A stretch of DNA of 64,000 nucleotides from a virus. The position numbers and the translations under genes are program-made. The notes beneath the pieces are model-generated. The model was not told the origin of the DNA. It was given only the letters and a program-made list of their open reading frames with translations, and ran no database searches. The first letter of the stretch is position 1; the number at the start of each line of letters is the position of its first letter. The stretch is from IMG/VR virus record IMGVR_UViG_3300008111_000003. One strand, given 5' to 3'. Below, one piece after another: positions 10,387 through 20,517 of this stretch.

Positions 10387-12200
10387 ATTATGGCAACATT
10401 TTATTTGTATGCTACCAATCTAGAAGATGGTTACATCAACTGGAATAGTCTTGGTAATTGGTGGATGAGCTATAATGCTGAAACCAATGTTTATTCTGTT
10501 CCAGCCTCAACTTTACCATCAAGTTCTGATGATGTTATAATTAAAGATCAAACTCTATCTATCTCTATTGGTAATAATGGACCAAACATAGTAATAAATA
10601 ATTTAACTATTGATATTTCATCCAACCAGTACGCATATCTTGAAAACATAACAATCACAATAAATAATACTTGCTATTTAAATAATACGACTTTGTCTCC
10701 TAATACAACCATAAATGGAAATTGTGTTTTTACTGGTAGTGCTACCATATATCAAGATGTTATTGTTAATGGAGATTGTATTTTTAATGCTAATGATGTC
10801 TATAATGGTTTTTATATAGGTGGTGGAATCATTAATGGAAATATAATATGTAATGATAATAATTGGAATACGATAATTATCGGAGCAGCGTATAGCCCAC
10901 TCGTTATAAATGGTGATCTCACTTTGAATGGTTGGTGTAGGATGGATAATCAGACTGATAACTTAACTATAAATGGAAATTTGATATTGAATAATATTTC
11001 ATATATAGAAAGTACTACACTTACTGTTAATGATGGAACTATCACTTTTAATGATTATTCTAGCAATTATGGTACTATAACCGGAAATTGTGTTTTTAAT
11101 GATTATTCTAACAATGGTGGTACTATAACGGGAAATTGTGTTTTTAATGGTTATTCTATAGGTGGTGGTACTATAACCGGAGATTGTGTTTTTAATCATA
11201 GTTCTCACCATAATGGAATAATTTATGGTATTGCTTTGTTTAAAGACTCAAGTTATCAAGAATCATCGTCTGTAGTAGAATATATTGAATATACTAATAG
11301 AACACCATATCCAATACCGGGTGGTATTAATGGAGGTATGCTAGCAATAGCATAGAAGAATTATGGCAACATTTTATTTGTATGCTACCAATCTAGAAGA
11401 TGATTATGGTTACATCGACTGGAATAGTCTTGGTAATTGGTGGATGAGCTATAATGCTGAAACCAATGTTTATTCTGTTCCAGCCTCAACTTTACCATCA
11501 AGTTCTGATGATGTTATAATTAAAGATCAAGACCCAAACTATCCTTATAGTAGTTTTATTATTTATAATAATGGACCAAACATAGTAATAAATAATTTAA
11601 CTATTGATATTTCATCCAACTGGTTCGTAGATCTTATAGACATAACAATCACAATAAATAATACTTGCTATTTAAATAATACGACTTTGTCCCTTAATAC
11701 AACCATAAATGGAAATTGTGTTTTTACTGGTAGTGGTACCATATATCAGGATGTTATTGTTAATGGAGATTGTATTTTTAATGCTACCACCATTAATGAT
11801 GGTTTTTATATAGGTGGTGGAATCTTTAATGGAAATATAATATGTAATGATAATAATTGGAATGTGATAGTTATCGGAACATCGTATAGCCCACTCGTTA
11901 TAAATGGTGATCTCACTTTGAATGGTTGGTCTTATATGTTTTATGACACTTATAACTTAACTATAAATGGAAATTTGATATTGAATAATATTTCATATAT
12001 AGAAATTAGTACACTTACTGTTAATGATGGAACTATCACTTTTAATGATTATTCTTACAATATTGGTACTATAACCGGAGATTGTGTTTTTAATGATTAT
12101 TCTTACAATAATGGCATTATAACCGGAGATTGTGTTTTTAATGGTTATTCTATAGGTGGTGGTACTATAACCGGAGATTGTGTTTTTAATCATAGTTCTA
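10387..12200 (+). repeat. Tandem ~0.8-kb direct duplication (about 10387-11206 vs 11360-12199) with internal 51-bp repeats
   Basis: Long identical tracts, e.g. actggaatagtcttggtaattggtggatgagctataatgctgaaaccaatg, in both copies. Confidence 0.9.
10390..11355 (+). CDS. Beta-helix repeat protein, paralogue A (putative receptor-binding/adhesin)
   Basis: 17-aa repeats GTITG(N/D)CVFNxYS; near-identical to 11363..12364. Confidence 0.7.
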   Translation: MATFYLYATNLEDGYINWNSLGNWWMSYNAETNVYSVPASTLPSSSDDVIIKDQTLSISIGNNGPNIVINNLTIDISSNQYAYLENITITINNTCYLNNTTLSPNTTINGNCVFTGSATIYQDVIVNGDCIFNANDVYNGFYIGGGIINGNIICNDNNWNTIIIGAAYSPLVINGDLTLNGWCRMDNQTDNLTINGNLILNNISYIESTTLTVNDGTITFNDYSSNYGTITGNCVFNDYSNNGGTITGNCVFNGYSIGGGTITGDCVFNHSSHHNGIIYGIALFKDSSYQESSSVVEYIEYTNRTPYPIPGGINGGMLAIA

Positions 12201-12364
12201 GTAATTATGGAACAACAATCTATGGTAATGCCACATTTAAACACGCTAGTTATAATAAGAATGATGGGGCGTATGTAATAACAGGAACTGAATCTTATTC
12301 TCAAAGAGATACTTGGCCATTACCACGCGGTATTAATAGATCAAATATTTTAGGATTAATTTAA
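11363..12364 (+). CDS. Beta-helix repeat protein, paralogue B
   Basis: Tandem duplicate of 10390..11355 with variable patches and a different C-terminus. Confidence 0.7.
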   Translation: MATFYLYATNLEDDYGYIDWNSLGNWWMSYNAETNVYSVPASTLPSSSDDVIIKDQDPNYPYSSFIIYNNGPNIVINNLTIDISSNWFVDLIDITITINNTCYLNNTTLSLNTTINGNCVFTGSGTIYQDVIVNGDCIFNATTINDGFYIGGGIFNGNIICNDNNWNVIVIGTSYSPLVINGDLTLNGWSYMFYDTYNLTINGNLILNNISYIEISTLTVNDGTITFNDYSYNIGTITGDCVFNDYSYNNGIITGDCVFNGYSIGGGTITGDCVFNHSSSNYGTTIYGNATFKHASYNKNDGAYVITGTESYSQRDTWPLPRGINRSNILGLI

Positions 12365-12365
12365 T

Positions 12366-12770
12366 ATGAGCGCAAAACTATATGATTTCTCTATTGAACA
12401 AGGAACATCCTTTAGATTATCTTTAATATATAAAGATAGCAATGGAGACGTTATTGATCTCACTAATTATTGTGCTAGATTAACTATGAAAACTGGAAAT
12501 AATGAGTATAAAACTTTTAGTAGTTTAAATACTAATTTTAGTGAGTATAAATTTACTATTGATGGACCTCAAGGAACCATAACATTACTGATCCCGGCCA
12601 CAACTACTAATAACTATAATTTCAATAGTGCCAAATATGATTTAGAATTACAAAGTGATCAAGATTTATATAGTGGTGGTGGCAAACTCACAATAAGAGT
12701 ATTATATGGTACAATAACCATAGTTAAAAGATTTAGCCAATCATCTATTATACTAGATTGTTCATTATGA
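12366..12770 (+). CDS. Virion structural protein (fiber/baseplate attachment-like)
   Basis: YDFSIEQGTSF...DLT.Y.ARL...YDLEL...LYGTITI pattern typical of this phage family. Confidence 0.55.
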   Translation: MSAKLYDFSIEQGTSFRLSLIYKDSNGDVIDLTNYCARLTMKTGNNEYKTFSSLNTNFSEYKFTIDGPQGTITLLIPATTTNNYNFNSAKYDLELQSDQDLYSGGGKLTIRVLYGTITIVKRFSQSSIILDCSL

Positions 12771-15700
12771 GTTGTTTTGATGTTAAAATTTTAGATCCTG
12801 ATATTAACACCATAACTATTGAAAGTTGTATTGGTGATCAACCAGCGTCTATAGAGGTTATCACTTATAATAATACGAATATTTTAGAAGTTAATAGTTG
12901 TGTTGCATTATTACCATCTGATATTAATGATTTAATACCGGTTAAAGATATATTACCAGGAAGCGGAATAGGTATAGTATCAACTAGTGGAATTTATACT
13001 ATATCATTAAATGATCCTAATTTAACATCTAGTGATATAATTGATTTTTTAGAGAGTGTTCAGGATATTATTGGGCAGAGTGGACTGTATGCGGGAAATT
13101 ACATTAATTTAAGTTATAATGATACTACAGGCTTTACCACAATATCAGTCACAGGATTACAGCCGAGTGGTAATTATAGCGTGGTCGGTCATACTCATAT
13201 AAGTTCTAATATTACTGACTTTAATAGCTCCGTTAGTGGACTGTTACCAATTAAAAATATAACCGCTGGCAGTGGAATAGGAATATCTTCAGTTTCTGGA
13301 GATTATATAGTTAGTGTAACAGGAACTTTTGGACTAACTAGTGAAGAGGTCGATGATAGGGTTAGTAAATTATTAATAGCTGATAATTATGTTAACTTAA
13401 ACTATGATGATATTGCTAATAGTTTAACAATCAGTGTAACAGGATTACAGCCAAGTGGCAATTATAGTTTAGCTGGTCATACGCACTTTAGTAGTGATAT
13501 TACCGACTTTAGTAGTTCTGTAAGTGGACTATTGCCACCATCAAATTTTACATCACTAATAGGAGTTAGTGGCATAACAGTTAGTAATAGTGGAACAAAT
13601 TATACTGTTAGTTTAACTGATCCAACAATACAACTAGCAGATATCACAGATTTGTCATCTAATAGTAGAACTTTCCTATTAACTCCATCTAGTTCCAATT
13701 TAGCCACCCTCATTACTGATGAAACTGGTTCTGGATTTTTGGTTTTTAATAATAGTCCAACATTAAGTGGAATACCTACAGCACCAACCGCACCAAGTGG
13801 AACCAATAATACTCAAATTGCTAATACAGCATTTGTACGAACAGAAATTAGTAATCTCATTAACTCTGCACCGAGTACACTAGATACACTAAATGAATTA
13901 GCCTCTGCTCTTGGTAATGATCCTAATTTTGCAACTAGTGTAACTAATAGTTTAGCATCTAAGGCCGCCCTTGCTGGAGCAATTTTTACTGGGCCAGTAA
14001 CTATTCCAAGTGGAACTGGTAATTTTAATAGTTTAACTGTGAATGGAATAGGAATAAGTTTAAGTGGTCATTCTCATACCATAGCCGATATAATAAACTT
14101 TAATAGTGGAGTAAGTGGTTTATTACCAAATATAACCGGTATCAATTATATAATATCAAACTTTTCTGATAATATTTATTCTATTGGTGTTACTGGCTTA
14201 CAACCTAGTGGAAATTATAGTGTTGTTGGCCACACTCACTCTAGTTTAGATATAACAAATTTTAATTCTAGTGTTAGTGGCTTATTACCAACTGTTACTG
14301 GAATTGATCAAGTAACCTCCAAATTTACCAATAATACTTACACTATTTCTGTAACAGGACTACAGCCGAGCGGGAATTATAGTGTGGTTGGCCACGCTCA
14401 CATAACCAGCGATATAACAAACTTTAGTAGCGGTGTGAGCGGACTACTTCCCGGCGTTAGTGGCTCTGGCTATGCTGTCTCAAACTTTGCTAACAACATT
14501 TATACTATTAGTGTAACAGGACTACAGCCAAGTGGTAATTATAGTGCTGTTGGACATAATCACACTATTAGTGATATTACTAATTTCTCTAGTGGAGTAA
14601 AAAATATAGTATCAACCACATTAGTAGCTGGTACCGGAATAGTATTTGATGAAAATTTAATTAATAATACATTTACTATTAGTACAACTGGATTACAACC
14701 TAGCGGAAATTATAGTATTGTTGGACATGTTCATACATCTAGCGATATTACTAATTTTGATAATAGTGTAAGTGGATTATTGCCAGTAAAAAATATATCT
14801 GCTGGAAGTGGTATAGGAGTAACCTCATTATCTGGTGATTATACAGTGAGTGTAACTGGGACATTTGGTTTAACTAGTGAAGAAGTTGACGATAGAATAT
14901 CATCATTATTAATTGCTGGTAATTATATTAATCTCAATTATAATGATAATCTAAATAGTTTGACTATTAGCACAACTGGACTACAGCCTAGCGGAAACTA
15001 CAGTTTAGTTGGTCATACACACGTTAGTAGTGAAATTACAAATTTCAATAGTAGTGTTAGTGGACTATTACCAAGTATTACTGGTTCTGGCTATATTACT
15101 TCTAACTTTAGTAATAATATCTATAATCTTAGTGTAACCGGATTACAACCTAGCGGAAACTATAGTTTAATAGGACATAATCATTCTAGTAGTGAAATTA
15201 CTGATTTTAATACCTCTGTTAGTGGATTAATTCAGGTTAAAGATATTCTTGGTGGGACAAATGTTAGTATTGGTAGTTCTAGTGGAGTATATACAGTTAG
15301 TATTACTGGTGGAGTTGTAGCTAGTAGTGCATCATCGTTAACAGTAAGTTGTCATAATCTAACCGGATCAACAATTAATAGAATGAGTGCTGTTTATATT
15401 AATGGTGGCCACGGCAACGAACCAACAATATCTCTAGCTATTGCTAATAGCGAAAGTACTAGTAGTAAAACATTTGGTTTAGCGGTTGAAGATATTAATG
15501 ATAATAATAGTGGTGATGTGATTGTTATTGGTTCCCTAATAGATGTTAATACTGATCAATTTGGAGTTGTTGAAGGAACCACTTTATATCTTAGTCCGAG
15601 TATTTCGGGTGCTTTAACAACAATTAAACCATTAGCCCCAAATCATTTAGTTACTATTGGTAAAATTGTTCGTAATCATATTAATCAAGGAATAATTCAA

Positions 15701-16162
15701 GTTAGTATACAAAATGGTTTTGAGCTATATGAACTACACGATGTTGCCGTAACAGGAGCTATTGCTGGTCAATTTTTACAACGTAATGGTAGTGGTTTAT
15801 GGATTCCATCCAGTAGTGGTAATTTTACAACGCTACAAGTAAATAATACAGACGTAAGTTTAAATGGTCATACTCATACTAGTAATAATATAACAAACTT
15901 TAACTCTAGTGTTAGTGGATTGTTACCAGTGACAAATATAATAGCTGGTTCTAATATTGGAGTTTCACAATCTGGAACAGTATTTACTATTGCGGTAACC
16001 GGTCTAACGGCAGAAGATGTCGATGATAGAGTAGCAAACTTATTAATAGCTGGTACTGGTATAAGCTTAAATTATAATGATAATGCAAATACTTTGACAG
16101 TAAACACTACAACAAATATTATTAATAGTTCTAATTTATATTTATGGTCATCTTTTAGGTAA
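12767..16162 (+). CDS. Long repetitive tail fiber protein
   Basis: Eight TGLQPSGNYSxxGHxH repeats; PTAPTA...TQIANTAFV and APSTLDTLNELASALGNDPNFA fiber motifs. Confidence 0.85.
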   Translation: MSCFDVKILDPDINTITIESCIGDQPASIEVITYNNTNILEVNSCVALLPSDINDLIPVKDILPGSGIGIVSTSGIYTISLNDPNLTSSDIIDFLESVQDIIGQSGLYAGNYINLSYNDTTGFTTISVTGLQPSGNYSVVGHTHISSNITDFNSSVSGLLPIKNITAGSGIGISSVSGDYIVSVTGTFGLTSEEVDDRVSKLLIADNYVNLNYDDIANSLTISVTGLQPSGNYSLAGHTHFSSDITDFSSSVSGLLPPSNFTSLIGVSGITVSNSGTNYTVSLTDPTIQLADITDLSSNSRTFLLTPSSSNLATLITDETGSGFLVFNNSPTLSGIPTAPTAPSGTNNTQIANTAFVRTEISNLINSAPSTLDTLNELASALGNDPNFATSVTNSLASKAALAGAIFTGPVTIPSGTGNFNSLTVNGIGISLSGHSHTIADIINFNSGVSGLLPNITGINYIISNFSDNIYSIGVTGLQPSGNYSVVGHTHSSLDITNFNSSVSGLLPTVTGIDQVTSKFTNNTYTISVTGLQPSGNYSVVGHAHITSDITNFSSGVSGLLPGVSGSGYAVSNFANNIYTISVTGLQPSGNYSAVGHNHTISDITNFSSGVKNIVSTTLVAGTGIVFDENLINNTFTISTTGLQPSGNYSIVGHVHTSSDITNFDNSVSGLLPVKNISAGSGIGVTSLSGDYTVSVTGTFGLTSEEVDDRISSLLIAGNYINLNYNDNLNSLTISTTGLQPSGNYSLVGHTHVSSEITNFNSSVSGLLPSITGSGYITSNFSNNIYNLSVTGLQPSGNYSLIGHNHSSSEITDFNTSVSGLIQVKDILGGTNVSIGSSSGVYTVSITGGVVASSASSLTVSCHNLTGSTINRMSAVYINGGHGNEPTISLAIANSESTSSKTFGLAVEDINDNNSGDVIVIGSLIDVNTDQFGVVEGTTLYLSPSISGALTTIKPLAPNHLVTIGKIVRNHINQGIIQVSIQNGFELYELHDVAVTGAIAGQFLQRNGSGLWIPSSSGNFTTLQVNNTDVSLNGHTHTSNNITNFNSSVSGLLPVTNIIAGSNIGVSQSGTVFTIAVTGLTAEDVDDRVANLLIAGTGISLNYNDNANTLTVNTTTNIINSSNLYLWSSFR

Positions 16163-16172
16163 GGAGAAATTT

Positions 16173-16562
16173 ATGGCTCTTAATCCAGCGTTTGCTGTTA
16201 CACCAAGAATAGGTAGTGTTGCATTGTCATCCTCTGCTGATACATCTTATACATCTCCCACAAATACCGTAACTGTAATCACGGGAGCCTCTTCTGGTAC
16301 TCGTATAGCTGAAGTAGTTGTGCAAATGACAAATACCGTGGCTAGTGCCACAATGGTTAGATTATTCTTAAATGATGGTTCTAGTAATTTTTTATTTGAT
16401 GAGATTGCTATACCTGCTGCAACAGGATCTCAGAGTGTTAAGCAAACAAGGGTGGCTACTATTTACAATAATCTAATATTACCATCATCTTCTTGGACTC
16501 TAAGGGCCACTGTTCATACTGTTAATGCAGGAGTAGTAACCGCTCTTGGCGCAGATTTATGA
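16173..16562 (+). CDS. Small virion/tail protein
   Basis: AAGGAG SD; beta-rich sequence. Confidence 0.55.
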   Translation: MALNPAFAVTPRIGSVALSSSADTSYTSPTNTVTVITGASSGTRIAEVVVQMTNTVASATMVRLFLNDGSSNFLFDEIAIPAATGSQSVKQTRVATIYNNLILPSSSWTLRATVHTVNAGVVTALGADL

Positions 16563-17407
16563 ATAACGGCATATTGAGTCAATCATTAGATCAAGGTATA
16601 ACTCTTCCATTTCCTATGCAGGAACAAAGATCAGTTATAGTTAATACATATGGAATTCAATCATTATCTCGTCAACCCAATCAAATATCTAATCTTTTAG
16701 CATGGTATGATGCAGCAGATTTGAAGACTCTATTTATTAATAGCAATGGTACCAATCCTGTTAGCTCTAATAATAATCCTATTGGTTGTTGGTTAGACAA
16801 AGGACCATCAAGATTTCATATGACTCAATCTACTAATAATAATAGACCAATTTTGAATATTTCTCCACAATCTGTTAATAGATTACCATCAGTATTATTT
16901 GATGGAATCAATGATTTTTTATTTAATTCTATACCATTTGTTCTTAATACATTATTAACAATATCTTTTGTTGTTCAAAGACAATCAGATACCGTGGCTC
17001 CTCATGTTGCGCCAATTATAACCTGTGGCCGTGCTGGATCATCAGACAATTTGCTAGAAATATCTTTAAGAAATACATACGCCACGGCTGGTACAGAAAA
17101 TGATCTTAGAGGAGGCGGCATGAGACGTAATGGAAGACAATCAGTAAGTACTGGAAATGCACCAACATCTTTTATGATTGGTTCTTCAACATGGGGTATT
17201 AGAACCATAGCAAATCTATCAGATGGTACCATACTTGGAGCATTAAGAGATAGTTCTGGAGATATCGGTTTTACATGTTGCGGAAACTTTTTTTTACCAG
17301 GAAGAATATGCGAACTAATTATTCATAGTAGAATATTAACTATATCAGAAAGAATATCTTTAGAAGTTTATTTATCCAATAAGTGGAATATAGGTATTAC
17401 ATTATGA
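16559..17407 (+). CDS. LamG/concanavalin-A-like lectin domain protein
   Basis: AWYDAAD, W.DK, FDG.ND, G.I.ELII..R.L...E...E.YL..KW. Confidence 0.7.
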   Translation: MNNGILSQSLDQGITLPFPMQEQRSVIVNTYGIQSLSRQPNQISNLLAWYDAADLKTLFINSNGTNPVSSNNNPIGCWLDKGPSRFHMTQSTNNNRPILNISPQSVNRLPSVLFDGINDFLFNSIPFVLNTLLTISFVVQRQSDTVAPHVAPIITCGRAGSSDNLLEISLRNTYATAGTENDLRGGGMRRNGRQSVSTGNAPTSFMIGSSTWGIRTIANLSDGTILGALRDSSGDIGFTCCGNFFLPGRICELIIHSRILTISERISLEVYLSNKWNIGITL

Positions 17408-17700
17408 ATAGATTTTTCAGAGCTTATGAATCGGAATATAATAGGATGTTGTCTCTATTTAATGAGTATTTAAGTTTGCCATCTAATGGTCAGGAAAACG
17501 CTTTTGATACAATAGAATACGCAAAAAAAGATTCTAATAATAGATATTATGTTGCTATTTCTACAGAAGATATTTCGTATGATATTATAAAAAATATTTT
17601 AGACGATTTGTTAAATAAAAATGAAATAGAAGAAATAGATCAAACAGCTTATATATTACTAACAAGAAATATTCCAAATAATTATGACAATACGCATTAA
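17404..17700 (+). CDS. Hypothetical protein
   Basis: ATGA overlap with the upstream stop. Confidence 0.55.
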   Translation: MNRFFRAYESEYNRMLSLFNEYLSLPSNGQENAFDTIEYAKKDSNNRYYVAISTEDISYDIIKNILDDLLNKNEIEEIDQTAYILLTRNIPNNYDNTH

Positions 17701-18691
17701 TCGTAATAAACTATTTAAAAATAAATGTTTATTAAAAATTGATAAAAGTATTATACCAAATCATATCAATTCTTTTACAGCTAATAAATTACTTAATAAA
17801 AATCCTAACACTAGTAGTTTAATATATTCCTCGCAGGATCCTTATTTTAATGGTTTGGGTAAATTTATCAGAAATCCAAATTGTTGGCTAAATGGTGTTA
17901 CAAATATTAGTTGCTTTAGTCCTGCTCAACTTAGCGGTGCTAATTGGTGGCAAAGAGCAGGAACATTAATCACCCGTAAACATGTATTATTTGCTGCTCA
18001 TTTTCAAACAAGCGTGATTCCCGGTGGTACTCCTTTGGTTTTTGTAGATGATAATAATAATGTTATACGTAGAAATATTATACAATATGGGCTTGATCGT
18101 GATAGTGGTGGTATATATGGAACCGACATATCTATAGCCCTACTAGATAGTGAGGTGCCAAGCAATATTAAAATTGCTAAAGTACTACCGACTAATTTCA
18201 AAAATTATATAAATGTAAATATTATTAATTCTATATACGATCAATATGCTCCGCCAGATACTAATACTTTTACTAATATTCCATTTTTATATGCTGTAGG
18301 ATTAAATCAGAATGAAAAAGCTATTCTTAAATTATGGACAAGCTGTAATCTATGGTCTGCCGGTAGTGGAGGATTTTCAAATTTATTATGGTATTTATCA
18401 GCTAGTACCACAAATATAGATCCTAATGGATCTTATGCGCTTATGAATCCGCAGCCTCAACAATTTGCTGCGTGGAGTGATAATATAGTAATTGGAGATA
18501 GTGGTAGTCCTTTATTTATTATAATAGATAATGAATTAGTAGTTTTGACAACATGGCTAACTCCAACATCTGGGCCCTTTATTACTAATAGATATAATCA
18601 AGTAAATAATATTATAGAAAGTTTATCCCCAGGACAAGGATATAGTTTAACTCCAATAGATCTAAGTGCAATCTATTCTAAATATGCATAA
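17684..18691 (+). CDS. Trypsin-like serine protease
   Basis: GTLIT.KHVLFAAH (His), TDISIALL (Asp), GDSGSP (Ser). Confidence 0.8.
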   Translation: MTIRINRNKLFKNKCLLKIDKSIIPNHINSFTANKLLNKNPNTSSLIYSSQDPYFNGLGKFIRNPNCWLNGVTNISCFSPAQLSGANWWQRAGTLITRKHVLFAAHFQTSVIPGGTPLVFVDDNNNVIRRNIIQYGLDRDSGGIYGTDISIALLDSEVPSNIKIAKVLPTNFKNYINVNIINSIYDQYAPPDTNTFTNIPFLYAVGLNQNEKAILKLWTSCNLWSAGSGGFSNLLWYLSASTTNIDPNGSYALMNPQPQQFAAWSDNIVIGDSGSPLFIIIDNELVVLTTWLTPTSGPFITNRYNQVNNIIESLSPGQGYSLTPIDLSAIYSKYA

Positions 18692-18778
18692 TTGGTGTAT
18701 AAGTATATTACTAAATATTAATAATGATCTTTTAGTGTAATATTAAATATTCTCTTTATAATATAACTATATTTAATA

Positions 18779-18957
18779 ATGTTTAAAGTTTGTACTCAGT
18801 GTAAAATACCTAAAGACTTAGCAGATTTCCCAAATTATAAAATGGGAAAATATGGAAAATTATCTAAATGCAGAACGTGTGATAAAATTAATCAAAGAAT
18901 ATGCAGCCATTATGGTGGGATCAGAATATAGCAAAATCAGATTCTGTTCTGGTGTAA
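18779..18957 (+). pseudogene. Internally deleted homing endonuclease remnant
   Basis: N-terminal CTQC...CRTC (18779-18931) joined out of frame to NMQPLWWDQNIAKSD, homologous to the C-terminus of 20518..21057. Confidence 0.75.
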
Positions 18958-18978
18958 ATATAGTCTGGAGTATTAATT

Positions 18979-19314
18979 ATGAAATATAAGCCAGGTTGGA
19001 AGACTTCAGAATTTTATTTCACACTAGTAAGTTTTTTATTTAGTGGCGCTTATTTACTAGGATTATTAGAGAGCGTCTCTCAAAAAGATGATCTTATAAG
19101 CGAAACTAATAAAGGTTTAGAAGCACTCATACTCATTATGGGACAATTAGCAGTACTATTTAGATATATTAAGGGGCGCACAGAAATTAAAAAAGCCTGG
19201 TGGACTACTGCTAGTCCAGAAGAACGAAAAATAGTTAATGAGCGTAATATAAAAGGAGCTAAAAATGTCAAACCAAGAACTAATAAAAAACGAAGTAGAA
19301 AAACTAATAGTTAA
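18979..19314 (+). CDS. Holin-like membrane protein
   Basis: KPGWKTSEF motif, two TM helices, basic tail. Confidence 0.55.
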   Translation: MKYKPGWKTSEFYFTLVSFLFSGAYLLGLLESVSQKDDLISETNKGLEALILIMGQLAVLFRYIKGRTEIKKAWWTTASPEERKIVNERNIKGAKNVKPRTNKKRSRKTNS

Positions 19315-19651
19315 TACTAAAGATAGTATTGGTTATGTTAAAAAATTTGCATTAAATGAAGCATGGAAACTATTACAATTAAATACAGCAACGATTGTAC
19401 AAATCATAGAAGCTATTGGTAATGATCTTAGTAGTCCCAAAAAAAAGGACTTAGCAATGGAGTTGCTTAATAGGTTCTATGATAAAATTTTTATTGTAGT
19501 TGACATTCCCTTTGTACCGAGCATAATTGAACCTATTATACATAGGTACATCAAAAGTATTCTCATGATCATGGTGAGTGCCACAATTGATGCTACTGTT
19601 ACCATTTTTAGAAATACGGGCGTTTTCATTAAAAAAGAGGCAGGTTTATGA
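19265..19651 (+). CDS. Hypothetical protein
   Basis: AAGGAG SD. Confidence 0.6.
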   Translation: MSNQELIKNEVEKLIVNTKDSIGYVKKFALNEAWKLLQLNTATIVQIIEAIGNDLSSPKKKDLAMELLNRFYDKIFIVVDIPFVPSIIEPIIHRYIKSILMIMVSATIDATVTIFRNTGVFIKKEAGL

Positions 19652-20025
19652 ATTACACAGAAAGTTTCGGTGAATTTGCTAGCAAAGTAACTCCAACGGA
19701 TCTTGCGTTATATGCTGGTGCTGGTTTGGTACTATGGGTATTGTTTAAAGAAAAACTTAGTCCCGTACAAGAATTTTTAGGTGGACTGGTAGAAAAAGTA
19801 AAAGGTGTACTATCATCTAATAAAACACCAACAGTACCAGTATTTCAACCAAGCGTTCCTGTTCTAGAAACAACAGATAAAGAAGATGTCTTTTTTAAGT
19901 TGGTTGTGAGTTGGAAACAAACACGAGATTTGGCTGTTGCTAGTGGATGCGATGAGGCTGTCAAAGTGGCCGATCAAATGTTTCCATATTTAAGTCCGGT
20001 AGTTTGTGGAAAGGAAAAAGTATGA
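19648..20025 (+). CDS. Membrane-anchored hypothetical protein
   Basis: One TM segment; ATGA coupling. Confidence 0.6.
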   Translation: MNYTESFGEFASKVTPTDLALYAGAGLVLWVLFKEKLSPVQEFLGGLVEKVKGVLSSNKTPTVPVFQPSVPVLETTDKEDVFFKLVVSWKQTRDLAVASGCDEAVKVADQMFPYLSPVVCGKEKV

Positions 20026-20513
20026 ACTCGAAAACATTACTATTGTTAATTGCGGCGTGTCTAATCGCAGTAGGATTATTTAAACCTAGTTTACCCACGC
20101 TAGATAATACTGATTATGCTGTCGGTTCTGTAAATGTTGTTAAGCCATCTAATAAAGAACTATTGGATGAGTGTGAATCTGTTACCAAAGCTCTAAAAAG
20201 TGGACCATCTAGTAGAAAGGTTGATGGTAAAAGATTAGCCTCTTTATATTTGGATCTTGCTACTCTAGTTAGTTTGGATGGTGAAGATTGTATTATTAAA
20301 AATACAGAAGAAATTCGTCAAGCTAACAGATTGGCCGGAATTATGCTTAAATTGGATATGAAAGGCAAGTATGAGAATCTCGCAGAAGCCGGAACTAATC
20401 TCATTAAAGCCGCTATAGGTGACGATAGTGTATTATTAGATGATAGCCTAAGAGAAAAAGCGGTTGAAGGTTTTAATGCTCTCGCTTGGGCATGCTATAT
20501 GGGATCTCAATAA
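20022..20513 (+). CDS. Secreted or membrane hypothetical protein
   Basis: Hydrophobic N-terminus MNSKTLLLLIAACLIAVG. Confidence 0.6.
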   Translation: MNSKTLLLLIAACLIAVGLFKPSLPTLDNTDYAVGSVNVVKPSNKELLDECESVTKALKSGPSSRKVDGKRLASLYLDLATLVSLDGEDCIIKNTEEIRQANRLAGIMLKLDMKGKYENLAEAGTNLIKAAIGDDSVLLDDSLREKAVEGFNALAWACYMGSQ

Positions 20514-20517
20514 TAAA

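Noticed and set aside
11040-12200. 51-bp periodic repeats resembling a CRISPR array
   Set aside because: They are in-frame coding repeats of a beta-helix with no unique spacers. The Cas4-like gene is a stand-alone phage exonuclease.
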